Below, piece after piece: positions 22,287-32,678 of a stretch of 64,000 nucleotides of DNA. The stretch comes from Histomonas meleagridis 2922-C6/04-290x. Its lineage: Eukaryota; Protista; Parabasalia. The position numbers were made by a program, and so were the translations under genes. Every line of letters starts with the position of its first letter. The first letter of the stretch is position 1. The stretch covers positions 558,001 through 622,000 of the forward strand of contig JAANOX010000011.1 of assembly GCA_020184695.1 (NCBI GenBank), in the 5' to 3' direction. Under the pieces are notes generated by a model. It had not been told where the DNA came from, did no database searches, and saw nothing but the letters and a program-made list of their open reading frames with translations.

Positions 22287-25004
22287 TTATTTCAAAATGA
22301 TCTTACCTATGTTTGGTAAAGTATATGATGCAACTTTTCCTAATGTCTTGAAGAACTTTCCTACGCCCTTCTTAAATTTTTGGCTCTTCTTTGAGATTAC
22401 TTTTGCCTCATTTTTTAATTCTTCCACGCATTCACTTAACAATGAAGCGCTGTATGCCTTTAACTCACTTCTAATGCTTTCATTTGCATCTGATATAACG
22501 TAATCACATTTCCGATTAAGTCTACTTACAACATTACATGGTAATACATCCGAAGGACTTCCTGACCTATTTTGCATTTCAGTTCTTATTGACATTTTTT
22601 CTCTTTCTAATTCCATTCGAATCTTTTCCTTGAAGTCGCTTTTGAGTTGAATTAATCTTTTGTTCCTTTCTTCTTCAGAAAGTTGATTTAAACTTTTCAT
22701 ATGTGTTTGAATTTGACTTGTGATATAATCTTCAAGTTTCTTATTAATACTTTCATTAACACTACCTGAATAACGTGATTTAAATTCATTAATGCAATTA
22801 TTAGTTATCATATCATTTAAATTTCGTGAGATTCGATTTAACTTTTCGAAGTCACTTCGTTTGATATTATATTCTTGTGCTGTGACTTCATTCTTCATTA
22901 TAGATTCCGCAATTTGTTTCAAGCTTTCGATTACTTTCTCTGTGTTTTCTCCAGCTATTTTATGCGCGTTTTGTCCCATTTCGATTAATATACTTTTAGC
23001 TTGTGAAAGTATGAAATCTTCAACTTGTTGTCGTGCAGTTTGATTGATATTAGATTGAAGACATATTCGATCGAGTTCAAGTTGACATTCATTTTCTAAG
23101 TTACGAATACGACTTTCATTTAATATTGCGGATTCATCAGTCGATAATATGTTATTAATTTTCTCTTGTGCTATTGCCATTCTTTCGGATATAAAAAGAT
23201 AACATTTTTGTCTTCTAAATCTTTTGTAGTTTTCTTAATTCGCGTTTCTTTTTCTTGTTTAATTACTGTGTTTAATTCATCCATTTTACCTATTAACTTA
23301 TTATATATATAATTGTCAATTTTATTGCGTATTTCTTTCGGTATTTTTTCTTTGGATTCATTCTTAAGTGTTGTTAAGATTTTGCGCTTAATACTACTTA
23401 ATAAACTAATTGATATTTGTGTATATTTCGAAATATCACTGTTTTGGATATCAGCTTTTTGTTGTTCAATTTCTTCTTCTATAATAACATCGGCTTGTTT
23501 CTTAAGTTCTATAATTAATTCTTTCTTATTATTCTCAACAACTTTTTCGCTTCTTGTTTAATTTCATCATTTATTTGATGTATTTCAGTATTAATGTTTT
23601 CTTGTATTTCCATAATGATTGAAAAATCAATTTTTTCTTCGGATCCAATTCGATTTAATTCATTAATACAATCATCAGAATCTAATGAACATGACCTTAA
23701 AAGTTCACCTAAATCTGATGATTTACTATTAGTCATAGTTTGTTCTGATTGTTTTTTCTTTGTTTCGATATACGAATTAATTTCATCTTGTAAATGTTTA
23801 TGTTGTAATTGTTTCATTTGATCTCTAAGTTCATTAAATACTTTACATTTTGTTGATATTTCATCAGAAATTTTTCGTTTTAATTCTTTATATACATTTG
23901 AATCTTTAACTTTCCCTTCTTCGATTTTACTATCGAATTCTTCTGTTAATTCTTTAATAATTTTTACGGAATCTATAATTGGTAATTCAATAATTGTTCC
24001 TTCTTTAATTGATGATTCGATTTCATTAATTTTATTATCAAGTTCTTGAATTTTCTTTTTAATGATTTCTTCAACAATTGGTTTATATTTGTTCTCATAA
24101 TTTTTATTTTGCGTATCTTGAAAAATTTGAATAATAACCTGAATGATGTCTTGTTGTTCAGGTAAATTAATTAAATTTTCAAACATTTCACATGCGCTTT
24201 CCCAATCAAATGTGAATTCTTTTTCGTGCTTCTTCAATATGATTTATAAGTCTTTGCGCAAAGATTTTGAACCCAAGATTAAATTCAAACCCTTGTGCCA
24301 TTATATCCGCATTTTATATCAATTGGATAAAGTGGAATAAAATCATTATATTGAATCGTATTTTTGTATCTTTCTATAGATACTGATTTTTCTGATATTT
24401 ATCAAATTTGCCTTTACTTGGTTGATATTTAGGGACATTTCTTACAAGTGCAATTAAATTTTTTTGCTTAAATCACTTTTTTTAACGTTCCGCGAATTAT
24501 AAGATCAATTGTTTTGAGAATTTCTTTAATTGTATCTGCTACGCCATTTGAAAAGTTTGTTTCTAACATAGATATAATAACACTGGATAATGCAGCATAT
24601 GGATAAATAAGTTGGCTCATAAGATAGTGACCGGCCTGAATTTGACCATCGCCAGCATTAAAACCATCAGACCCTTCTGTATCAATAAAAAATATTTGAG
24701 TTTCGTTGTTTGGAATTATTTCCATTCCAAACTTTTTCCTAAAATCATTATAAGGAAGAGGCCCATAAATAAAAGCGCCAGTAGTTTCTTCATCCCTCCC
24801 ATTACCAACAGCAATACTCTTATCGCCGGTAAGTAATTTTAATGTACTGGACTTACCAATTTGGTATGAACCAAAAATTGTTACAAAAATAATTGGCTTT
24901 CCTTGTGCTTCCATCATTGCATCTTTGAATTCTTTGAGAACATGCTTGAATTTCCTGTTTTCTCCTTTGCCATCGCATATTGTTGTCTTGTGATGTGGGA
25001 GCAT
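22287..25004 (-). pseudogene. Guanylate-binding-protein (GBP/atlastin-like) GTPase with long coiled-coil tail, fragmented
   Basis: N-terminal GSYQIGKSS, ETTG and IDTEG motifs (24468-25004), continuing through several frame changes and a TAG into helical ORFs 23515-24237 and 22287-23180. Could be a real pseudogene or consensus error. Confidence 0.55.
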
Positions 25005-25986
25005 AGAGTTATTTAGATTACAGAATGAGGTGGCATTTTTATATAAAAGACGGTTATAAGCAATTTTTTTTTCAAATAATTATAATAAACCGCCGCATTT
25101 TAGCCTTTTTTACCCTTGTCGAGATTAATTAAGCTAAAAATTGTCACTTTTTAACACAAAATCTGATCGTTTTTTAGGCATTCAAACTGTCCATTTTCCA
25201 CATGAGACCGAAGGAACATTGCGACTGGGAAACACTTCTATCAATAAATCAAGCAATTTTTAGTTTGAATGAAGAAAGTTTCTCTAGATCTTTTGGTTTA
25301 ATGATAAGAAAATTTGCAAAAATATTAATGATATTATTTTGTGTATCTTCATTTCCTTCTGCGTTTTGAAACTGTTAAAAAAATTCAAAAATTATTTCTA
25401 TATTTGTTTTTGTGTTTTAAAATATGAATAAATTATTTGACCAATAAGTTGGAATGAAAACTGATTTTGTTGGTTGATAAATTTTTTTGTTGTTTCAACT
25501 GTTTCTGAGATATTATTTTCATTCATTTGAAAGATATGGGATTCTATTTGGTACAATGTTTCTAATAATTCATTTGTTTTCTCATGATTTGTGTTTGATT
25601 ATTTCCCATTTGAAATTTTGAAGTATTAACTAGTAAGGGCCCCTACCGATCATAAATTTAATATGTAATTTTAAAATAGCAGCGAACATATTTTTTATTT
25701 TTGTCCACAGAAAAAATTTAAAATTTTAGATAAAATTAAATACAATAATTGCTGAAACTAAAATAACGAATTCCTTGATGAAAATCAACTGTTAAATACA
25801 ATTGTATTTAATCTGAAGTCAGAACGATAGTTATGAGAACATGCATCATATTACGCATGATTTCATCACCTTTTCTTGGGAGGCAAAGCTTTCGTTAACG
25901 TTCTCCGTCAAATGGTCGTAAACAATAAACGGTGGAATTTGATTGACCATTTGATAGATTGAATAGCGCATCAAGCAATTAGCAGA

Positions 25987-27057
25987 ATGAATTCCTCAAG
26001 ACAGATAAATCTTGAAAAGGAATACATTTTGTTGTCACAGGTTGGAGTTGGCGCATGTTGTCATGTGTACAAAGCTATTCACATCCCTACAAAATCTATT
26101 GTAGCAATTAAAAATTATTATAAATATTCATCTCAACGCAATAACACAGAAGAATGTCAAAGAGAAATAGATATCGCAAACAGCATTAATTCTGATTACG
26201 TAGCTCATTTAAATGATGTTTTTTACACAAAATTAGGGAAAAAGCTTTACTTTGTTTACCCTTATTTAGAATTTGATTTACAAGGAATTATACGAAGTAC
26301 AGCACCAGGCTTTTTATCAATGGCACATATTTCATATTTATTTTCACAGATCTTAATGGGATTAAGAGACATCCACGAAAGCCACGTCATTCACCTTGAT
26401 ATCAAACCTGGTAACATATTGGTTACACCCCAAAATCAAGTTAAAATTATTGATTTTGGTATATCTCAACGCGAAGACGAACCAAATCAACCTAACAAAG
26501 GTGGTACTGTTATATATATGCCACCTGAAGCTCTTTTGAACTGTTTACCAATGTCACAAGCCAATGATCTCTGGAGTGCCGGGGTCACATTATATGAGAT
26601 GATCACGCACAAGCCATTGGTTTCTAGTAGTGACATCAGTTCAGCTCTTCTATGTATTCGTCAACGTATTGGTTTCCCAACAGCAGAAGATTTAAAGCTG
26701 CCACATTCCAAAATTCTCCAGATTTCTAAATATTCTGCGCCCAATACTATGCATCCATTTCTTACATCCACGATCAATCCCGGCACAATACCTGGGTCCA
26801 CGCAGGCAGAGTGTGATGCTGCTATTGATTTAATTATGAAACTTATTTCGTTTAACCCATCAAAACGTATCAAAGCTAAACGTGCACTGGGGCATCCCTT
26901 TATTGAGATGTTTGCCAACGAGGCACAGCTGCCCGAGCTAAGCTTACACGAGTCGCACCAAGAGAGGGCATCCGGCACAATACGGTCTTCGATATCAGAG
27001 AATGATATCTCAATGCTGAGGCCAGCGAAGATAGTGCCGAAAACAATTTTTGCATAA
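25987..27057 (+). CDS. Protein kinase, CMGC/CDK-like
   Basis: GVGACCHVY, VAIK, HLDIKPGN, DFG, YMPPE, DLWSAG and PSKRIKAKRALGHPF. Confidence 0.9.
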   Translation: MNSSRQINLEKEYILLSQVGVGACCHVYKAIHIPTKSIVAIKNYYKYSSQRNNTEECQREIDIANSINSDYVAHLNDVFYTKLGKKLYFVYPYLEFDLQGIIRSTAPGFLSMAHISYLFSQILMGLRDIHESHVIHLDIKPGNILVTPQNQVKIIDFGISQREDEPNQPNKGGTVIYMPPEALLNCLPMSQANDLWSAGVTLYEMITHKPLVSSSDISSALLCIRQRIGFPTAEDLKLPHSKILQISKYSAPNTMHPFLTSTINPGTIPGSTQAECDAAIDLIMKLISFNPSKRIKAKRALGHPFIEMFANEAQLPELSLHESHQERASGTIRSSISENDISMLRPAKIVPKTIFA

Positions 27058-27126
27058 GTGTATATGTGTTACAATGCCATGAAATAATATCGGATAATTA
27101 ACTTAAAAATGTTTTAAACTTTTTAT

Positions 27127-27446
27127 GTTTTAAAAGAATTAAATTTGAATGGGTTAAAGTTTATAGAAAAATTACAATTAGATGTCAATAAACGATGAAT
27201 GGGAAATGTTTTGCTGTTTTTAGCATTTTTACTTTTTTGTTTTAAAAGAATTATATTTGAATGGGTTAAAGTTTATAGAAAAATTACAATTAGATGTCAA
27301 TAAACGATGAATGGGAAATGTTTTGCTGTTTTTAGCATTTTTACTTTTTTGTTTTAAAAGAATTATATTTGAATGGGTTAAAGTTTATAGAAAAATTACA
27401 ATTAGATGTCAATAAACGATAAATGGGAAATGTTTTGCTGTTTTTA
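27127..27446. repeat. Tandem repeat, 112-bp unit, about 2.9 copies
   Basis: GAATGGGTT at 27147, 27259 and 27371, with near-identical units. Confidence 0.95.
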
Positions 27447-27772
27447 TACTGAATAAAATAATCTGAATTTTAGACTTTTTATGTTGGTTAATGTGTACGA
27501 CTTAAGTGCCGCAGATATGAGCGATTCGCTCCATGAACGATGTGTTGAGCAATGTCTTTTTCCGTCTGACGCAGGGACTTGACGCTGCACGCTGAGTTCA
27601 CATTTATAGAAATTATGTTCTTCTGCCGCCTAAAGACAACATGAATCAATTGATAATCACTTTCTACACAGCCACAAAACTATTTACAATTTGATATATT
27701 TAAAGTGTGGACACGTCGATAAAACCGAAATTAAATCAAACGGAACAAGTACAAAAGATTCAATTTGATGCT

Positions 27773-29197
27773 TTACTCATCATCGTTCACGAGCTGGTCG
27801 TATTCTATTAATACGTACAATTCCCAAGGAGTCAAATTCTTTGTTACTTCGTCATTAGAGTTGATGACAGGGAATTGGTATTCTCTGACAAGGAATTTTT
27901 GTAGGTCAAATAGTGTGTTAAAGAACACGTCCGCCATCTTCGACTTCTCCAAGTCATGGACGGCCACGTATGATGTGTTTTCTTTGACACCTGCATTTAC
28001 GACATCAATTAGTTGACGCAAAATGTCAGAAAATGGGATCGTTTCATTACCAGTGATACGCATTCGCTCATATTGGACCGAATAAAGCTGTTCGACCTCT
28101 TTGATAGATAATAATCCATCATCATCAAGATCACAAATCTTGTACCAAAAGTTGATAGAGGTGAGGTTGCTCTTGTCTTCAGTGCTCATAAGGAAGTAAA
28201 CAAAGGATGTGAAGTCAACATATCCTTTCTTAGGATTTGCTGTAAGTGGGAAGAATTTGGCGTCAACAAAGCGCTCAATGATGATGGGTGAGATGGAGGA
28301 GTCGTTGAACTTCATCAAGTCACTTTTCGAGATGTATGAATCACTATCGGCATCAAGATCCCAGAATTTGCAAAAGGCAACATAGAAGTGTTGGTAATTG
28401 AAGATATGATGGGAGTCGTTGACATCTTGCATCCTTTCGGCATTATAAAAGACACCTGCAATGTCCATCTTTCGGAATTGTTGGAGACTGACAGTTCCTC
28501 GAAGCTCAGTATCCATAATATAGAAGCAGCGGGTGACAATAAAGTCAATGAACTTCTCAAGGAATAATTCTTCGTCCAATAGAAATTCTAATGATTTATG
28601 GGTTTCAACAATCGTACGAACAAATGGTGCAAGATCATTGGGAACAACATAGTTTCGATTCTTCTTGCGGACAAGTCGGAAAAATCGTTCATTAGGATCT
28701 CTGCCATAAAGATTATCTTTCCAGAACTTTTGGAATTTGTCTCCTGAAAAGTCATGAGTTTTAAGGAGTAAAGGAGCAAAGCACTTTGGAAGTCTGCAAT
28801 GTCTTTGTAAAAAGAGTCCAAGTTCTTTTTCATTTGGCGATTTAAGGGATTCTGCAGCTGTCTTTTCTTCATTAGATTCCTTAGGACCATAGAAAGTAGC
28901 AATTTTCTCTCCGACCAATGAAGCAAGAAATTCTGTTGAAGCTGTGGATTCTTTTTTGGTATTTGGCTCAAGAAGTCCACGACTTGGGGAAGATTGACGA
29001 AGAGCAGGAACTCTACGCTTTTGAAGATTCGCATTCTTAGCTGTTTGTTCGAAAACAGAAAAATCGAAATTAACTTCGATTCCTTTATCAAGATCATCAG
29101 CTGCCTTTCTAATTGCATCGAAGATTGGTTGGTTGAATGGATCAGTTAGCCAACCAGCAAAGCATTCATCGAATTGGATTCCGTAGTCGACTTCCAT
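27773..29197 (-). CDS. PP2A regulatory subunit B'' (PR72-type, EF-hand)
   Basis: HFYVAFCKFWDLDADSD, FVYFLMSTEDK and WYKICDLDDDGLLS match the B'' family pattern. Confidence 0.9.
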   Translation of the reverse strand: MEVDYGIQFDECFAGWLTDPFNQPIFDAIRKAADDLDKGIEVNFDFSVFEQTAKNANLQKRRVPALRQSSPSRGLLEPNTKKESTASTEFLASLVGEKIATFYGPKESNEEKTAAESLKSPNEKELGLFLQRHCRLPKCFAPLLLKTHDFSGDKFQKFWKDNLYGRDPNERFFRLVRKKNRNYVVPNDLAPFVRTIVETHKSLEFLLDEELFLEKFIDFIVTRCFYIMDTELRGTVSLQQFRKMDIAGVFYNAERMQDVNDSHHIFNYQHFYVAFCKFWDLDADSDSYISKSDLMKFNDSSISPIIIERFVDAKFFPLTANPKKGYVDFTSFVYFLMSTEDKSNLTSINFWYKICDLDDDGLLSIKEVEQLYSVQYERMRITGNETIPFSDILRQLIDVVNAGVKENTSYVAVHDLEKSKMADVFFNTLFDLQKFLVREYQFPVINSNDEVTKNLTPWELYVLIEYDQLVNDDE

Positions 29198-29334
29198 TTC
29201 TGACCTAGCCGAATTTCATTGAAAAATTGAAACAAACGTTTATTTATTAACAATATTTGTATGAAACAGAGTATAAAAAAACGGTTTTCATGATTTTCTT
29301 TAAGAATAATGTAAAAAATCTTTTTATGAACATT

Positions 29335-30729
29335 TTATTGTGTTTCAAAGATTCTCATACAAATGAATGCTTCTTCGGCAACTTTCTTGATAGGATAATT
29401 CTTAAACTCATGAATTACAGGAACAATCATTTCAATGAATTTACAATATGGGAATACATCATTTAACCCATATTTTCGTATTGTCTCTAACACTCTGAAT
29501 GAAGCTTTAAGTGATTTTTCCAAAAAATCTTCATCATCGTTTTGAAAACTATCAGCAAATTCATCCAATATGAAAGTTTGACTCAAAATCGCTTCTTTTT
29601 GCTCTCTAATCCCTATGTACAACATATTCCATAAGAGTAATTGTGCGTTTTTTCGAGCTTCTATATTACAATTTTCCAATACAAATTTTAATGCATTAAA
29701 GAACGCATCACACAGAAATGGTTGTACCAAGTCGCTGGATGTTATTACTATATTTGAAAGTAATAGCAAAATAGCAATGCAAATTTCATTATCATCTTTA
29801 TTCTCAATAAACAAACCTATATAATTCTCAATATTAAGATTATCTAAACAATTTAGTACAATATTATCATCATAAGAAGTAACAATTTCAGAGATAATAT
29901 TGAGGATTGTAGCAAAAAACGGTTTATTTTCTTTTGAGCCAAAAAGTGCAACGGTATAATTGAACGCAGGCGATTGGTAAACTTTTTGTTCGATTGTTGT
30001 TCTGAATTCTTTTCTTTCGTGTGTAGTCAAAAAATAAAGAATTTCAATACTGTCAAATAATAAAAACTGACGGACTTTTGAAGAGAAAATGTGAGATACA
30101 AAAGAAAGAATTTGATCGACATATTGTTCTGTTTTTTGAAAATATACAATAGATTTAAGAATAGAAAATAATAAACAAAGGACATTAATCTCATGGTTTG
30201 GAGGTTCTGTTGATTGCTCTATAAATTTTATGAGATTAATGATCATTTCACCAATTTGATCGAAAAGTGGAGATGTAAATATTAGTCTAGAGCCTTCCTC
30301 TGATTGACACACGCATTTTATGATTTCATAGTTAATTAATTGGACGCGAACAGATTGGAAATTAATTAAATTAATAAAAAGCTGTAATGGATTGAGATAA
30401 ATTAATTGGATTTTGGCAATAGCAGATTTTTCTATAATTATTTTTAAAGCACTTAAAAAAAGAAATAAGTCAGATTCATCAACATTTGGATTAATTAAAG
30501 AATAAATATTTTTGATCACAAACGAACTACGTAGATATATTTCAGGGAAATAGCTAATGGAACTAACCAAATTTAATAAAGAATTTCGAATTTCAAAAAT
30601 ATTTGAAAATTGATTTTTTAAAAGCTTGTCTAACTCATAAAGTAATTTCGCATCTTTGTTTTGATGACTCACTTGCGTTGATATCTTAAAAGGATTATTT
30701 TTTCTTTCATCTGGAATTCGGAGATTCAT
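29335..30729 (-). CDS. ARM/HEAT-repeat protein (importin-alpha-like, divergent)
   Basis: 464-aa helical ORF with ARM-like LLLLSNI and LLLWNML segments. Confidence 0.5.
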   Translation of the reverse strand: MNLRIPDERKNNPFKISTQVSHQNKDAKLLYELDKLLKNQFSNIFEIRNSLLNLVSSISYFPEIYLRSSFVIKNIYSLINPNVDESDLFLFLSALKIIIEKSAIAKIQLIYLNPLQLFINLINFQSVRVQLINYEIIKCVCQSEEGSRLIFTSPLFDQIGEMIINLIKFIEQSTEPPNHEINVLCLLFSILKSIVYFQKTEQYVDQILSFVSHIFSSKVRQFLLFDSIEILYFLTTHERKEFRTTIEQKVYQSPAFNYTVALFGSKENKPFFATILNIISEIVTSYDDNIVLNCLDNLNIENYIGLFIENKDDNEICIAILLLLSNIVITSSDLVQPFLCDAFFNALKFVLENCNIEARKNAQLLLWNMLYIGIREQKEAILSQTFILDEFADSFQNDDEDFLEKSLKASFRVLETIRKYGLNDVFPYCKFIEMIVPVIHEFKNYPIKKVAEEAFICMRIFETQ

Positions 30730-30770
30730 TCTGTCATTTTTTTTTGAAAGATTTTATAATTTGTCAGTAA

Positions 30771-31265
30771 ATGGCTGAAGCAGATGAGCTTGTAATTAAA
30801 ACACAAAATGATACCAAATATGTATTGACAGGAGTTTCGGAAGAAATTACTGTTCGGGAACTTCGAGATATGATTTTTTATTCAGATTTATTTGATCATA
30901 AAAGTATTGGTTACAAATTTTCAATTACAGCAAATGGAGAGAAACTTGACTTAGATCAAATTTTAAAGGTAAAAGAAGTTGAACTCACCAATGACGATTC
31001 CTACAAAAATTCATCTTTTCTTTTTTCAAAAGTTTTATTCCTGGGTTTATTCATTGTGTTGCTTATAACAATGCTTTTCAGGCGTCATTATAAATATTTG
31101 AATACAGTGTTTTTATTATACTTCATCTTTTATTCATTATATGTATCAACTCATATCAAAGATTACATGATAATTGCAACATATTCTGTTTATTACTTGA
31201 AATACTTATTATATGCTCAATATATATTTATTTTATCATTCTCTCCCGGTTTTAAATTGCAATAA
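30771..31265 (+). CDS. Small membrane protein with possible ubiquitin-like N-terminal domain
   Basis: Soluble N-terminus of about 75 aa (ITVRELRDMI...ANGEKLD) followed by 2-3 hydrophobic segments. TCAGT lies just upstream of the ATG. Confidence 0.45.
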   Translation: MAEADELVIKTQNDTKYVLTGVSEEITVRELRDMIFYSDLFDHKSIGYKFSITANGEKLDLDQILKVKEVELTNDDSYKNSSFLFSKVLFLGLFIVLLITMLFRRHYKYLNTVFLLYFIFYSLYVSTHIKDYMIIATYSVYYLKYLLYAQYIFILSFSPGFKLQ

Positions 31266-31858
31266 AATTATATTTTTATTCAATTTTTATAATCTATTTG
31301 TTAGTGTTTGTAGCAAAGTTCTAAAGTTTGGTTTCTTCTAACATCTCATTGATAAATTCCAAAAATAAAATAAATGTGATTTGATTTTTATCGTAGATCA
31401 TGTTCAAAAAGTGAAGACGATACTTATTTTTAATCAAAACTGATTTTGTTGTATTGAAAATCAACTTTTTGTGATGTTTTATGACAAAATTGTCCAGAAG
31501 GAATAACTGCTTCAAATTTTATCTTTTGATCACACCTATATGGCAAATTTTAAAGCGAACAATGTCCACAAAAATTTACAAATTTTACAAGTTCCAACTC
31601 AAATAATTTAATACCTACCACAACACACATAAGAAAAAATGACTGGTTCATGATATTAGACATAAAGTCTCATGTTCCTCTCATTGTTTTGGCTCACTCA
31701 AAAGGATTAAAAAACATTTGAAGTTTTTAATTGGGCGAAAGTTTTCGCAAAATCATGGTGATGTGATGTATTCAAAAACTGAAAAATCAACCGTAAATTT
31801 TCTTTTTGAGAAAAATAAACGGATAAAATTCAGAGGAGATTTTATTTCGGTCAAGAAG

Positions 31859-31864
31859 TCACTT
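31859..31864 (+). promoter_or_regulatory. Initiator (Inr) element TCACTT
   Basis: Matches the trichomonad Inr consensus TCAYW, 8 nt upstream of ATG 31873. Confidence 0.5.
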
Positions 31865-31872
31865 CATAATCA

Positions 31873-32475
31873 ATGTTTCAATATCGTAGTCAGGTGATGG
31901 TTCCTCCATTTCAAACCCCAACATTATGGGGTATAGCGCCAGATGAACTGGAAGAATTTTTAAAGTTAAAGGGATTGATCTCAGCAAAAAATAAATCTTA
32001 TGATAATGCTAACCCAAAAGAAATTATAATTAGTTTTTCAAACAAGCTACAAACCATTAAAGATTTTGTTCATTTAAAAAATGAAGCAATTCGTTCAATA
32101 TTTTGTGGAATCGTTTTTTTACCAAAAGGAATTGCTTACAAAATGCAAACACTAAGTTACGTAATTGGTGAATCTCGCTCATTTATCAATTCTTCTTTCC
32201 AACATTTAAAATATTTCATTCAACCTTGGTCAGAAAATGTATTAAATCAGTTCTACCAAAAAATACCAGTATACCGGAACAGCCCTGAAGAGTTAAAGTT
32301 TTGGTGCTACCGTGAATATAGAAAAGATTTGCCTGTTCCAATTCTACCAAATATTCAATCAGAGTTTAATTCTCATAAAGAGCAGACTCCTTTAAAAGAA
32401 GAGAACAAAACAATTTTATCTTTTCCATGTCCTGCAAAGTTTCGTCATAAATTTGCCAAAGTGTTCACGAACTGA
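31873..32475 (+). CDS. Initiator-binding-domain (IBD) protein
   Basis: ELEEFLKL...FSNKLQTIKDFV...RSIFCGIVFLPKGIAY...SRSFINSSFQHLKY fits the parabasalid IBD pattern. Confidence 0.75.
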   Translation: MFQYRSQVMVPPFQTPTLWGIAPDELEEFLKLKGLISAKNKSYDNANPKEIIISFSNKLQTIKDFVHLKNEAIRSIFCGIVFLPKGIAYKMQTLSYVIGESRSFINSSFQHLKYFIQPWSENVLNQFYQKIPVYRNSPEELKFWCYREYRKDLPVPILPNIQSEFNSHKEQTPLKEENKTILSFPCPAKFRHKFAKVFTN

Positions 32476-32678
32476 TTTGTCATATAATCTGTTTGTAATT
32501 AAATTTTTTTAAATAAAAACCAAAAAAATTAGTAGATTTTGATGTGATTAACGTTCTGAATTTATGGTGTTTTGAACAAACTCATCGGGTTTTATTAAAA
32601 AAAATATTGTTCATGGCTTCAGGGTGCCCTTGAAAAGTTTAACAAGTATAGTCAATATTTGAATTGAATAAAACAGTT

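Noticed and set aside
22045-22503. Short antisense or alternate-frame ORFs in the track (also 28588-29118, 26661-26978, 58651-59046, 59826-60219, 53262-53534)
   Set aside because: They overlap better-supported genes and have compositions typical of shadow frames
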